Assembly: GCA_050018395.1 (NCBI GenBank)
Contig: JBEKAC010000002.1
Span: 600-64,599, forward strand
Direction: 5' to 3'
From: Dehalococcoidales bacterium
Lineage (GTDB): Bacteria > Chloroflexota > Dehalococcoidia > Dehalococcoidales > RBG-16-60-22
Length of the DNA: 64,000 nucleotides
The notes beneath the pieces were generated by a model. The model did not search any database, was not told the origin of the DNA, and saw only the letters and a list, made by a program, of their open reading frames with translations. Below are positions 20,474 through 30,442 of this stretch, piece after piece. Position 1 is the stretch's first letter. Every line of letters begins with the position of its first letter. Both the position numbers and the translations under genes were made by a program.

Positions 20474-20520
20474 CAAGCCGGTACTATTTTTATTGGCGTT
20501 AAATATACCTCCACCATCCA

Positions 20521-20564
20521 ACCTCACCCCCTTTAGTTCCCCCTCTCCGCTGGCGGAGAGGGGG
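20521..20564. repeat. Hairpin module ACCTCACCCCCTTTAGTTCCCCCTCTCCGC-TG-GCGGAGAGGGGG
   Basis: Perfect 12-bp stem at 20539..20564. Related copies in inverse orientation at 33874..33917 and 46284..46312. Confidence 0.9.
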
Positions 20565-20689
20565 GATAATTAGAGAGGAGGCTGCGCCCCCTCTCGCTAC
20601 GCACTCCCGCTTTTTAATTTTGCTTAATAAAGAGAAGTTAGTTTGCTCCATGGCGGAAAAAGTGAACTCCAGCGCTTAATATTCCCTAT

Positions 20690-21451
20690 TTACGCCACGG
20701 CTTTACGATACACCCGTGTCGCCCACCAGAGCGCCACCGCCGTGAGCGGTATCAGCACCAGGAAAGCCAGCCCCACTGTACCGTTCGTAATGCTTCCGGT
20801 TGCCAGCCGCCTGTCCGCTTCCACCACGTAGTACAGCGGGTCGAAATGCGCGAGGACGCGCATCCAGGCCGGCCCCAACGAAAGGGGCAGCAGCACGCCG
20901 GAAAGCAGCATTATCGGCAGGTTCAAGCCGTTGAGGACGGCGGAAAGGGTGCTGACATCCTTGGTGAGAAAAGCGATGGAGTTGGAAAAGGCCGAAGTCA
21001 TAATCATGATTAAAGCCAGCAGCACCAGGGCTACCAGCATCCCGCCGACGTGCAGATTAAACCCGAAAGGTATGGCGGCGGCCACCAGAATGACGATAAA
21101 GATATACAGCCAGACGACGTTGGACAGGATGGGGCTCATCATCAGCGCCAGCCGGCTTACCGGGGTGACGCGGAGCCGTTCCGTGGTGCCCTCCTGGATT
21201 TCAAAAATAGTGGTATAGCCGGCGGAAAACCCGCTCCCGAAAGCCAGGAACGCCAGGATGCCGGGCAAAAACACGTCCAGCGCGCTGCCAGCGGGGAACC
21301 CCGGCCCGCCCGCCAGCTTTTTTAACAGCGGTGTGAATAAAAAGAGATATAACAGCGGCGTGGAAATGCCCACGATTACCCACAACCCGTTGCGCATTTC
21401 CTCGATGAAACTGCGCCGGTAAAGCAGCCCGATGTCCCGCAGTAGCTTCAT
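20690..21451 (-). CDS. ABC-2 type transporter permease
   Basis: 253 aa with six predicted TM segments. Overlaps the ATPase stop by 4 nt. Confidence 0.8.
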   Translation of the reverse strand: MKLLRDIGLLYRRSFIEEMRNGLWVIVGISTPLLYLFLFTPLLKKLAGGPGFPAGSALDVFLPGILAFLAFGSGFSAGYTTIFEIQEGTTERLRVTPVSRLALMMSPILSNVVWLYIFIVILVAAAIPFGFNLHVGGMLVALVLLALIMIMTSAFSNSIAFLTKDVSTLSAVLNGLNLPIMLLSGVLLPLSLGPAWMRVLAHFDPLYYVVEADRRLATGSITNGTVGLAFLVLIPLTAVALWWATRVYRKAVA

Positions 21452-22425
21452 TTTCTTTCTCCGTTATTTTTCGTTGCCTCGGTGTCCCGCAGCGACCGCC
21501 CCGTTTTACGCAAGAACACGTCGTCCAGCGTCGGCTCGGAGAGGGCTATCGTCCGGGCGGCCAGGTTTTCTCCGTCGAGCAGCCGGATAATGTCCGGCAG
21601 GACCGCCGCGCCGTCCTTGACGTAAAGCCGCACCTGCTCGGCTTCGATGCTTGCTTCTCTAACGTAAGATTGCTGTTTCAAGAGATTCGCGGCTTTTTGG
21701 AGGTTGGCTCCGTCGTTCTTAAGGCTGATGACGATGCTGTCCCCGGAGATTTGCTGTTTTAATTCTTTGGAGGTGCCCTCGGCCACGATTTTCCCGTAGT
21801 CCATGATGGCTATCCGATCAGCTAATACGTCGGCTTCTTCCAGGTAATGGGTGGTCAGAAAGATGGTCGTGCCAGTGCCCCGCAGTTTGCGTATCTGTTC
21901 CCAGAGATTGGCGCGGTTCTGCGGGTCGAGCCCGGACGTCGGCTCGTCAAGAAAGAGGACGTCCGGCCGGTGCATGATACCCAGCGCCACGTGCAGGCGC
22001 CGCCTCTGGCCGCCGGAATAGGTGCTTATCCTCCGGTCGATGAAGTCCGTCAGGTCCAGGGCGGTAACCAGCTCTGCCGCCCGCGTAGCGGCACCGGCGG
22101 CGTCCATGCCATAGAGCTTGCCCTGAAGGAGCAGGTCCTCGCGCCCGGTCGCCAGGTGGTCGGCCCCGCCTGCCTGCCCTACATAGCCCAGGCGCTTGCG
22201 CACCTCGTGCGGCTGCTTTTGCACGCTGAAGCCGGCTATCGTCGCCTCGCCGCTGTCTATCGGCAGGAGCGTGGCCAGCATGCGCAGCGTCGTTGTCTTG
22301 CCCGCCCCGTTCGGCCCCAGGAAGCCGAAGATTTCCCCGGCTTCTATCTCCAGGTCGACGCCGTCCACCGCCCGCACTTTCCTGGCGAACGTTTTACTTA
22401 GTTTTCTAGCGGTAATCATACTCAT
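21448..22425 (-). CDS. ABC transporter ATP-binding protein (DrrA-like)
   Basis: Walker A GPNGAGKTT, signature SGGQRRR, Walker B VLFLDEP. Start trimmed to MSMITARKL. Confidence 0.88.
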   Translation of the reverse strand: MSMITARKLSKTFARKVRAVDGVDLEIEAGEIFGFLGPNGAGKTTTLRMLATLLPIDSGEATIAGFSVQKQPHEVRKRLGYVGQAGGADHLATGREDLLLQGKLYGMDAAGAATRAAELVTALDLTDFIDRRISTYSGGQRRRLHVALGIMHRPDVLFLDEPTSGLDPQNRANLWEQIRKLRGTGTTIFLTTHYLEEADVLADRIAIMDYGKIVAEGTSKELKQQISGDSIVISLKNDGANLQKAANLLKQQSYVREASIEAEQVRLYVKDGAAVLPDIIRLLDGENLAARTIALSEPTLDDVFLRKTGRSLRDTEATKNNGERK

Positions 22426-22538
22426 AATGCGTCCTTTGTCATCTTCAAATTCGGAAATCCGGTTCGTCAAAACGGCCGGCTCAAGGCCGGCCGTCCGGCA
22501 CTCCGGCATGTCTTTCGCCCATCATCCGCCCGTACTTG

Positions 22539-23087
22539 TTATTCCACGTGGACCTTAATGTTTTCCCCGTGTCTGCCCTCGATATCTATTTCCATGTCTC
22601 CCAGGGCATCGATCAGACCCTCGATGTCTTCATTCTTGATAGAGTCAAAATCAAAGCTGAGTCCCCTTTCCCGGAAGGCATTGTTGATCTTATCTTTAGC
22701 TTCCGGCGGCACCAACGACTTCATCTTAATGCCCGCGCGAATCAGAGACATCGGGATACGCACATTCACCTTATCCGGGCGGCCATGGTGATGGTTCCAG
22801 TCATCGTGGCTGTGATGATGGTCCCGGTCGTCATGAGGGTCGAGTTCCTGGTCGTCATCACCGGGCTGCCAATTCGGGTCCGGGGTAATGGTCACGCGCA
22901 GGTACTTGCGCTTGCTTTTATCTTCCGGGCCCCGGGGCGCCGGGTCTTCATGCACGGCATTATCGCGGCCGGTATTGTCGCTCTTGCCTTCATCTTTGTC
23001 CATCGCGCTCAAGAGCCGGTAGGCTTCATCGGCGCTGATTTTATTCTGCGCCAGCATTTCCAGTATTTTCTTCTTTTGGTCAGACAT
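22539..23087 (-). CDS. SHOCT-like domain protein with His/Asp-rich tract
   Basis: N-terminus KKILEMLAQNKISADEAYRLLSAM. Central DPHDDRDHHHSHDDWNHHHG. Confidence 0.6.
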   Translation of the reverse strand: MSDQKKKILEMLAQNKISADEAYRLLSAMDKDEGKSDNTGRDNAVHEDPAPRGPEDKSKRKYLRVTITPDPNWQPGDDDQELDPHDDRDHHHSHDDWNHHHGRPDKVNVRIPMSLIRAGIKMKSLVPPEAKDKINNAFRERGLSFDFDSIKNEDIEGLIDALGDMEIDIEGRHGENIKVHVE

Positions 23088-23112
23088 GGCCGTAAACCTC
23101 CCTTTCCCTTTC

Positions 23113-23391
23113 TTAAATGACGGTCACTCGCACAACGCCGTCGCGGTTTTGTATGTCGACGCTTAAGCCCTTGAGCGCCCAGAGCGAGTCCACCCCCGCC
23201 TTAAAAGCCTGTACCAGCCACCGCCCCCAACCGCTAGGCCACATCAACAACAAACAAATCAAAATCAACGGCGATAATGCCAGCAGGATGATAAACGCTA
23301 TCAGGATGAACAGGAACAACGGCAGCCACAACCCGAAATTGTGGTCCTTGTTCTTGATTTTCACATGCATCAGCATTGGCGGCATTCTCAT
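23113..23391 (-). CDS. Small membrane protein
   Basis: 92 aa with two hydrophobic helices. Overlaps the upstream gene by 4 nt. Confidence 0.55.
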   Translation of the reverse strand: MRMPPMLMHVKIKNKDHNFGLWLPLFLFILIAFIILLALSPLILICLLLMWPSGWGRWLVQAFKAGVDSLWALKGLSVDIQNRDGVVRVTVI

Positions 23392-23750
23392 TTGTCTAAC
23401 CTCCTGATGGCCTCGTCGGCAGTGATGTCTCCCCGCTCCAACTCTTCGAGGACGGCCTCTTCCGGCGTTAATTTTTCTATCTGCACGAACTCCAACTGTT
23501 TGGCGATTTTACTAATCCGGTTTTTCACGGTGGGGTAGCTGATGCCGAACATCTTTTCCATTTCTTTGATGGAACCGTCGGAGCGCACAAAACCCATCAC
23601 GAAGACCTGGTCCTCGGCGGAGAGGTTGGCCAGCGGCGGCAGCGAAAAGCTCCCCTCGATGGCGATATCGCTGTCCACCAGTTTTACCCGCTCCACCGTT
23701 ACCGGTTTGCCCTGGGTCATTTTGGTCAGTTCCTGCCAGTCTCTTGCCAT
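23388..23750 (-). CDS. DUF2089-like HTH protein with C-terminal SHOCT-like helix
   Basis: Sigma-70 region-4-like HTH (SIKEMEKMFGISYPTVKNRISKI). C-terminus LERGDITADEAIRRL. Confidence 0.6.
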   Translation of the reverse strand: MARDWQELTKMTQGKPVTVERVKLVDSDIAIEGSFSLPPLANLSAEDQVFVMGFVRSDGSIKEMEKMFGISYPTVKNRISKIAKQLEFVQIEKLTPEEAVLEELERGDITADEAIRRLDK

Positions 23751-23911
23751 CGCTATGCCTCATTACTTAACTTTTTTAACCTTAAACTTAATTATCTTAA
23801 TATATTATAATGTTGAATATTGATTTTGTCAATACCTTCTTTAACAATATTAATTTTCTGATTGATATATATTGATTTTCTTAATTAATGGTTAAAAAAC
23901 TATCCCCCTTA

Positions 23912-23938
23912 CCCCCTTCCTTTACGAAAGGAAGGGGG
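23912..23938. repeat. Hairpin module CCCCCTTCC-TTTACGAAA-GGAAGGGGG
   Basis: Perfect 9-bp stem. Half copy at 24164..24184. Related TCCCTCYTTAYGAARGAGGGA hairpins at 38733..38754 and 49971..49992. Confidence 0.85.
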
Positions 23939-24074
23939 AGGAGAACGAGAGGGGCGTTGCCCCTCTCTCTAGGCACTCCTCATCTAGATCAAATTTGAAG
24001 CTTCAAGAAAACAAAATCCTACTCTGTCCCCCTTTCCTCCGGCCTGGTTCGACCCGCCTACGCGATGGTTCGAT

Positions 24075-24150
24075 GGGCTCACCATGAGCGCTCCGGCGGG
24101 CAAGCGGGCCACCATGAGAACTCCGGTGGGCAAGCAGGCTCACCACAGGT
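24075..24150. repeat. About 2.5 tandem copies of a 30-31-nt unit (GGGCTCACCATGAGCGCTCCGGCGGGCAAGC)
   Basis: Read directly from the sequence. Confidence 0.8.
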
Positions 24151-24285
24151 GCTCAAGACAGGCTCTTTACGAAAGGAAGGGGGAAACAAAAAAGAGGGGC
24201 GCTAGCCCCTCGTGTTGCATGAGCATAATACAATATACCTTTTAACTTTAGAAATCGCGCCGTAAAACAAGCGATCCAGGTTCCA

Positions 24286-24969
24286 CTAATCAATCTTAAG
24301 CCGATAGCCTACGCCGGGTTCAGTGATAATGAACTGCGGACGTCCCGGGTCGGGCTCTATCTTGCGGCGCAGATTGCTGATATTCACATGCAGCATGTGG
24401 AATTCCTCGCCGTATTCCGTACCCCACACCTCCCGCAAGAGAAAGTGATGGGTCAACACTTTTCCCGCATGCGTAACCAGCACGCGAAGTAATTCGTATT
24501 CGGTGGGCGTCAGTTGTACCTCAAGTCCGGAAACGGTTATGACCCTTCTTGCCAGGTCAACTTTCAAACTGCCGCTGGCAAAAACAGGCTCGCCGGTTGT
24601 TTGAATAGCGCGGCGCAGGGCCGCACGGAGCCTCGCCAGCAGTTCTCCAACGCCGAAGGGTTTGGTCAAATAGTCATCCGCCCCGGCATCCAGCGCCGCG
24701 ATTTTATCGCTTTCCGCCCCCCGGACCGATAGGATAATAATCGGTATCTGTGTCCACTGGCGCAGCAGCCTGGTGACCTCGACGCCATCCATGTCCGGCA
24801 AACCTAAATCGAGAACGATGATATCCGGTTTATCCGCAGCCGCTTTGGCAAGAGCCTCCTGCCCGGAGGACGCTTCAATGCAGTTGTAAGACTGGGCGGT
24901 CAGCGTGACCCGTAAAAATTTCCTGATTGCCGGCTCATCATCGACTATCAGCACTCGCTCGTCAGCCAT
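24286..24969 (-). CDS. kdpE: KdpE, OmpR-family response regulator
   Basis: Start trimmed to MADERVLIVDDEP, with an 8-nt overlap (ATGGCTGA) with the kdpD stop. REC plus winged-helix (LTPTEYELLRVL). Confidence 0.9.
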   Translation of the reverse strand: MADERVLIVDDEPAIRKFLRVTLTAQSYNCIEASSGQEALAKAAADKPDIIVLDLGLPDMDGVEVTRLLRQWTQIPIIILSVRGAESDKIAALDAGADDYLTKPFGVGELLARLRAALRRAIQTTGEPVFASGSLKVDLARRVITVSGLEVQLTPTEYELLRVLVTHAGKVLTHHFLLREVWGTEYGEEFHMLHVNISNLRRKIEPDPGRPQFIITEPGVGYRLKID

Positions 24970-27664
24970 GAGATTGCTCTCCCCTGGCAAGGTCATTCCC
25001 GGATATCGGAAGGGAAAGCCTGATGATAGTACCACCACCCGGACGATTCTCGGCAGCGATATGCCCATCGTGAGCCTCAACAATACCTTTGCTAATCGAT
25101 AAACCAAGCCCCGTTCCCGTGATGCTATCGGGACGCTGAATGCGGAAAAACTTATCGAAAACGTGTGATAAGTCCTGAGAAGGAATACCGATACCCCGGT
25201 CAGCTATCTCAATCTGCATCTCCTGGCGAACCTGTCGCGCCTTAATATCAATCGGAGAATTATCCGGCGAATATTTAAGAGCATTGTCCAGAATGTTTAC
25301 TAATGTCTGCACGATAAGGCCAAAATCCACTGATACAAAAGGCAACTCCGGCGGTATTTCCATATTAACCGGATGGGAACCGACGCGGCTAACCAGCTGT
25401 TCCAAAGCGGCACCGACCAAATCCTGAACATCGGACGGCTGCCGGGATATTTTGATTGCCCCGGCTTCAATCCTCGAGACATCAAGCAAATTGGTTATCA
25501 GGTGGTTCAAGCGTTCCGCTTCCTCACGGGCAACCTGGATTAGATTCATTTTGGCGGTATTATCCAGATGCATCCCTTTTTCTTGAAGACTGCTGAGAAC
25601 CCCGATAACCGATACCAGCGGTGTGCGCAGGTCGTGTGAAACCGCGTTCAGAAGGGCGGTCTGCAGCTTTTCCGTATCGCGTAAGACCCGGGCATTTTGC
25701 GCTTCGTTTGCCAGGCGGATGCTTTCGATAGCCACCGCCGCAAGGTCAGCATAGGCTTCCAGAAGGCGTTCCTGCTCGAGGGTCAATTCGCTCGAGGAAC
25801 CAATGGCAGAAACGGCGATGACACCTACAGTTCCCCTGGCCGTTACCAGCGGTAAATATCGGGCTTTAGCACCGGGGAGAGTATCGGTGCCATGCCCCAC
25901 TGTTTTTTGATGTTGAAAGGCCCAGGTAGCGGCGGCAAATTCATTTTCATCGATAGTTATATTCGGGACTTCAGAGTACGGCTTGAGAATTTCCTTATTA
26001 TCAGGGTCGGGTATGAAAATCGTGATATTATCCCCAAATGTCTCTTTGGCCCTCTTGATGATGGCATGGATATAAGACGCCAGGTCGCTGGATAAGGCCA
26101 GGTCCCGCCCCAGGGCATAAAGGGCCGCCGTTTCGCTCTCACGCCGTCTGGCCGACCCGGTTTGCTCATGGACGCGCGACGCCAGATAACTGATGACCAC
26201 GCCGACGGCAAGCAAGGCGATAAACGTAAAAATATATTGCGCGTCAGACACTTTGAAAGTCAGGAACGGCGGAACATGGAAAAAATCGAAGGCCGCCACG
26301 CCGACAAAGGAGACCAGTATCGATGGCCCCAGGCTCCAGAAATATGCCGTAATAACGACAGCCAGAAGATAAAGCATGGCTACGGTCGTTGGAGTAACGA
26401 GGTTATGTATTAACTCGCCCAGCAGGGTTGCCAGGGCCACCAATACGAGGCTAAATACATAGCCCCGCCAGTTGGTAAATTGCGCACTTTCCGGGGTCTT
26501 GTCTTTTTCCTTTGCTGGGGATTCTCCCCGCCCGCCGATGACATAAACATCAAAATGCTCACTCCGGCTCATGAGTTGATTCACGATCGACCGGCCGTAG
26601 AATCGGCGCCACCAGGTTTTTGGTGATTTGCCAACGATTATCTTGGTAATATTATTCTTGCCGGCGAATTCCGTTACGGCATTCACCACGCTGCTGCCCG
26701 TGATAGTGGCTACTTTAGCCCCCATTCTCTCCGCCATCCGCAGCGTGCTCGTGAGACGTGTTTGCCGGTCGGGCGATAGATGAGTACCGGGTGTCTCAAC
26801 ATAAATAACAAACCATTCGGCACCCAGTTGATAAGCCAGCCGGCGGGCGTTACGCACCACACGGGTACCGGCGGGGCTGGCGCTGACACATACCAGCAGG
26901 CGCTCGCCGGACGGCCAGGGGCCCTGTATGGCATGGGTCTTCATATAAGCGAGCGTCTGCTCGTCAACGTGTTTGGCGGCATTACGCATGGCTAACTCGC
27001 GCAGCGCCATCAGATTTCCCTTGCGGAAGTATTCTTCGGTGGCGCGGGCGATTTGCTCGGTCAGGTAAACTTTCCCTTCCTTGAGTCGTTTCAGCAGCTC
27101 TTCGGGGGGCAGGTCAACAATCTCGATTTCTGTCGCGCTATCGACAAAACTGTCAGGCACGGTCTCGCGTACCCACACGCCGGTAATCTGGGCAACCGCA
27201 TTCCGCCCGCTTTCTATATGCTGGATGTTAAGCGTAGTATAGACATCGATTCCCGCTTCCAGCAGTTCCTCGATATCCTGATAGCGCTTGGGGTGACGGG
27301 AACCCGGCGCATTCTCGTGGGCGAGTTCATCCACCAGTGCCAGCTGCGGGTGACGCCCCAGCACCGCGTCGAGGTCCATCTCCGTGAGCTTAATACCCCG
27401 GTATTCCACCGGCCGCCGCGGTATAATTTCAAAACCTTCCAGAAGAGCTTCGGTCTCAACCCGTCCGTGAGTTTCGACCACCCCGATGACGACATCCGTG
27501 TCCTTTTTCCGCAGGCGGGCCGCTTCCAGCATAGTATAGGTCTTACCAACGCCGGGAGCGTAGCCGAGAAAGATTTTGAGTTTGCCGCGCTTTTTTTGCG
27601 CTTCTTCGGCTTTAACCTGCGCCAGTAATTCATCGGGATCAGGACGCGATAAGTCTTCAGCCAT
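24962..27664 (-). CDS. kdpD: KdpD sensor histidine kinase
   Basis: 900 aa. N-terminal KdpD domain with GYAPGVGKT, a Usp-like region, four TM helices, a GAF-like region, H-box SHDLRTPL, and HATPase_c. Confidence 0.92.
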   Translation of the reverse strand: MAEDLSRPDPDELLAQVKAEEAQKKRGKLKIFLGYAPGVGKTYTMLEAARLRKKDTDVVIGVVETHGRVETEALLEGFEIIPRRPVEYRGIKLTEMDLDAVLGRHPQLALVDELAHENAPGSRHPKRYQDIEELLEAGIDVYTTLNIQHIESGRNAVAQITGVWVRETVPDSFVDSATEIEIVDLPPEELLKRLKEGKVYLTEQIARATEEYFRKGNLMALRELAMRNAAKHVDEQTLAYMKTHAIQGPWPSGERLLVCVSASPAGTRVVRNARRLAYQLGAEWFVIYVETPGTHLSPDRQTRLTSTLRMAERMGAKVATITGSSVVNAVTEFAGKNNITKIIVGKSPKTWWRRFYGRSIVNQLMSRSEHFDVYVIGGRGESPAKEKDKTPESAQFTNWRGYVFSLVLVALATLLGELIHNLVTPTTVAMLYLLAVVITAYFWSLGPSILVSFVGVAAFDFFHVPPFLTFKVSDAQYIFTFIALLAVGVVISYLASRVHEQTGSARRRESETAALYALGRDLALSSDLASYIHAIIKRAKETFGDNITIFIPDPDNKEILKPYSEVPNITIDENEFAAATWAFQHQKTVGHGTDTLPGAKARYLPLVTARGTVGVIAVSAIGSSSELTLEQERLLEAYADLAAVAIESIRLANEAQNARVLRDTEKLQTALLNAVSHDLRTPLVSVIGVLSSLQEKGMHLDNTAKMNLIQVAREEAERLNHLITNLLDVSRIEAGAIKISRQPSDVQDLVGAALEQLVSRVGSHPVNMEIPPELPFVSVDFGLIVQTLVNILDNALKYSPDNSPIDIKARQVRQEMQIEIADRGIGIPSQDLSHVFDKFFRIQRPDSITGTGLGLSISKGIVEAHDGHIAAENRPGGGTIIRLSLPISGNDLARGEQSHG

Positions 27665-27711
27665 GCGGTTTATATCCCCCGACCAATTCTATACCTTGTT
27701 TTTGGTCAAGT

Positions 27712-28284
27712 CTATGGCAGGGCATCCAGCGCCAGATTAAGCTTTAAAACATTAACGCGCGGCTCGCCCAGGATACCAAACTGCCGGCCTTCGGTAAATT
27801 TGCTCACCAGGGTGCTGACCTGCGCCTCGCTTAACCCGCGGTAGCGCGCGACGCGCGAAATCTGGTAATTTGCGGCAGCCACGCTGATATCAGGGTCAAG
27901 GCCGCTGGCGGAAAAGGTCACCAGATCCGCGGGTACCGGTTGGTTATTACCCGGATCGACAGCTTGCAGGGCGTTGATTCTGGTTTGAACAGCATCGATT
28001 AGTGCCGGATTCGAAGGTCCGTAGTTGGAACCCGAGGAGGCAGCCGCGTTAAAAGGGAACGGCGCCGTGGCCGAAAGCCTGCCCCAGAAATACTTCGGGT
28101 CGCTGAACGGCTGCCCGATCAGGTCCGAGCCGACGCTCTTACCGTTTTCTGCAATCAGGCTGCCGTTAGCCTGACGGTGAAATAATGCCTGCGCGACGCC
28201 GGTGACGAACAATGGATAGATTATCCCGGTGATAACCGTGAAAATCCCCAGGAATATCAGGGCAGTTTTTAGCTGGCGCAACAT
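27712..28284 (-). CDS. kdpC: K+-transporting ATPase subunit C
   Basis: 190 aa. Single N-terminal [11 protein letters not shown] and [10 protein letters not shown] motifs. Confidence 0.9.
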   Translation of the reverse strand: MLRQLKTALIFLGIFTVITGIIYPLFVTGVAQALFHRQANGSLIAENGKSVGSDLIGQPFSDPKYFWGRLSATAPFPFNAAASSGSNYGPSNPALIDAVQTRINALQAVDPGNNQPVPADLVTFSASGLDPDISVAAANYQISRVARYRGLSEAQVSTLVSKFTEGRQFGILGEPRVNVLKLNLALDALP

Positions 28285-28306
28285 AATTCTTCTTTTACCT
28301 ACCTCT

Positions 28307-30436
28307 TTATACCAGATGTAACGCTACCAAAATCATATCGATTAATTTGATGCCGATAAACGGCGCTATCAGCCCGCCGACCCCATAAATAAACAGGTTG
28401 TCACGCAGCAGTCTGGCCGCCCCAACCGGCCGGTACGGCACACCGCGCAAAGCCAGCGGCACGAGCGCCATGATAATCAGGGCATTAAAAATTACCGCCG
28501 AGAGGACGGCGCTTTCCGGCGTGGCCAGGTGCATGATGTTCAATGCCCCGAGGGCAGGGTAAGTGGTGGCAAAAGCCGCCGGGATAATAGCGAAATACTT
28601 GGAAACATCGTTGGCGATACTGAAGGTGGTCAAAGCCCCCCGCGTCATGAGCAGCTGCTTGCCGGTCTCCACGATTTCAATGAGCTTGGTGGGATTGCTG
28701 TCCAGGTCAATCATATTGGCCGCTTCGCGGGCCGCCTGCGTGCCGGTATTCATCGCCACCGCCACGTCGGCCTGCGCTAAAGCCGGGGCGTCGTTAGTGC
28801 CATCGCCCGTCATTGCCACCAGCCGCCCGCCGGCCTGATGCTCGCGTATCAACTTGAGCTTGGCCTCGGGCGTGGCCTGGGCCAGGAAATCATCCACCCC
28901 TGCCTCGGCGGCGATGGCCGTCGCCGTCAGCGGGTTATCCCCGGTAATCATGACGGTTTTGATGCCCATCTTCCGCATTTTGATAAAGCGCTCTTTGATG
29001 CCGCCCTTCACGACGTCTTTAAGGTGAACCACGCCCAGGGCTTCGCCGTTACGCGCCACCACCAGTGGCGTGCCGCCGCTCCGGGCGATACTATCCGAGA
29101 TAGTTTTAAGCTCCGCCGGTACACTATTACCCTGTTCCCGGATGTAAGCGGTAATAGCATCATCCGCGCCTTTACGGATGGCCAGCCCGTCCATATCCAC
29201 CCCGCTCATACGCGTCTGGGCGGAAAAGGGGATAAAACGCATGCCTCCTTGTTTCTCGGCGCCGGCGCTGCCGCGCAGCCCGTACTTTTCCTTCGCCAGT
29301 ATGACGATACTCCGTCCTTCCGGCGTTTCGTCGGCCAGCGATGCCAGCTGCGCCGCCTCGGCTAATTCATGCTCACTAACCCCTCCCACCGGTATGAACT
29401 CCGTGGCCTGGCGGTTACCCAGAGTGATCGTCCCCGTCTTGTCTAAAAGCAATACATCGACGTCTCCGGCTGCCTCCACGGCACGTCCCGAAAGCGCGAT
29501 GACATTACGCCGGATGAGGCGGTCCATCCCGGCGATACCGATAGCCGGCAGCAACCCGCCGATAGTGGTGGGGATAAGACAGACCAGCAGCGCCGCCAGC
29601 ACCGTAATCGTGATCGGCGTACCCAGGTGATTCACGTTGACGCTGTAGATGGAAAACGGCAGCAGCGTCATACAAACGACGAGAAAGACAATGGTAAACG
29701 CCGCCAGCAGGATATTGAGGGCGATTTCATTGGGAGTCTTCTGGCGTTTGGCGCCTTCCACCAGGCTAATCATGCGGTCGAGGAAACCCTCGCCGGGGTT
29801 AGCGGTCACACGGACTATCAGCCAGTCGGACAGAATACGCGTCCCGCCGGTAACGGCGCTGCGGTCGCCGCCGGACTCACGGATGACGGGGGCGCTCTCG
29901 CCGGTGACGGCGCTCTCGTTCACCGAAGCGATACCTTCAATCACCTCGCCATCGGTGGGAATAATATCACCGGCCTCGACGATGAAGACATCGTTCTGCC
30001 GTAACTCGCTGGAAGAAACCGACTCGTATTCAGCCCCGTGTTTCGGCTGTGTAAGCCGCTTGGCCTGAGTTTCCTGGCGTGTCCGGCGCAGTGCCGCCGC
30101 CTGTGCTTTACCGCGACCCTCCGCCAGCGCCTCGGAGAAATTGGCGAAGAGCACGCACAGCCAGAGCCACAATGTCACCCCGCCGACAAAGGCAGCCCGT
30201 ACCTCGCCGTGCCCGAACAGCGCCTGAAGCCATAAGACTGTGGTCAGGACGCTGCCCACTTCGGTGACGAACATGACCGGATTACGCAGCATCCAGCGCG
30301 GGTTAAGTTTGAAAAAAGCGTCGGCAATGGCCCGGCGGTACAGCGGCTGTCCGGGGCGCGACGGTTTCTTCGAAGGCGGTAAAGCCGTTCCTCCGGCTGC
30401 CCGGGGCTTTATTTCCGGTTGCATGTCTTCTGTCAT
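28307..30436 (-). CDS. kdpB: K+-transporting P-type ATPase subunit B
   Basis: DKTGTIT phosphorylation motif, [18 protein letters not shown]. Confidence 0.95.
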   Translation of the reverse strand: MTEDMQPEIKPRAAGGTALPPSKKPSRPGQPLYRRAIADAFFKLNPRWMLRNPVMFVTEVGSVLTTVLWLQALFGHGEVRAAFVGGVTLWLWLCVLFANFSEALAEGRGKAQAAALRRTRQETQAKRLTQPKHGAEYESVSSSELRQNDVFIVEAGDIIPTDGEVIEGIASVNESAVTGESAPVIRESGGDRSAVTGGTRILSDWLIVRVTANPGEGFLDRMISLVEGAKRQKTPNEIALNILLAAFTIVFLVVCMTLLPFSIYSVNVNHLGTPITITVLAALLVCLIPTTIGGLLPAIGIAGMDRLIRRNVIALSGRAVEAAGDVDVLLLDKTGTITLGNRQATEFIPVGGVSEHELAEAAQLASLADETPEGRSIVILAKEKYGLRGSAGAEKQGGMRFIPFSAQTRMSGVDMDGLAIRKGADDAITAYIREQGNSVPAELKTISDSIARSGGTPLVVARNGEALGVVHLKDVVKGGIKERFIKMRKMGIKTVMITGDNPLTATAIAAEAGVDDFLAQATPEAKLKLIREHQAGGRLVAMTGDGTNDAPALAQADVAVAMNTGTQAAREAANMIDLDSNPTKLIEIVETGKQLLMTRGALTTFSIANDVSKYFAIIPAAFATTYPALGALNIMHLATPESAVLSAVIFNALIIMALVPLALRGVPYRPVGAARLLRDNLFIYGVGGLIAPFIGIKLIDMILVALHLV

Positions 30437-30442
30437 TTTCTG

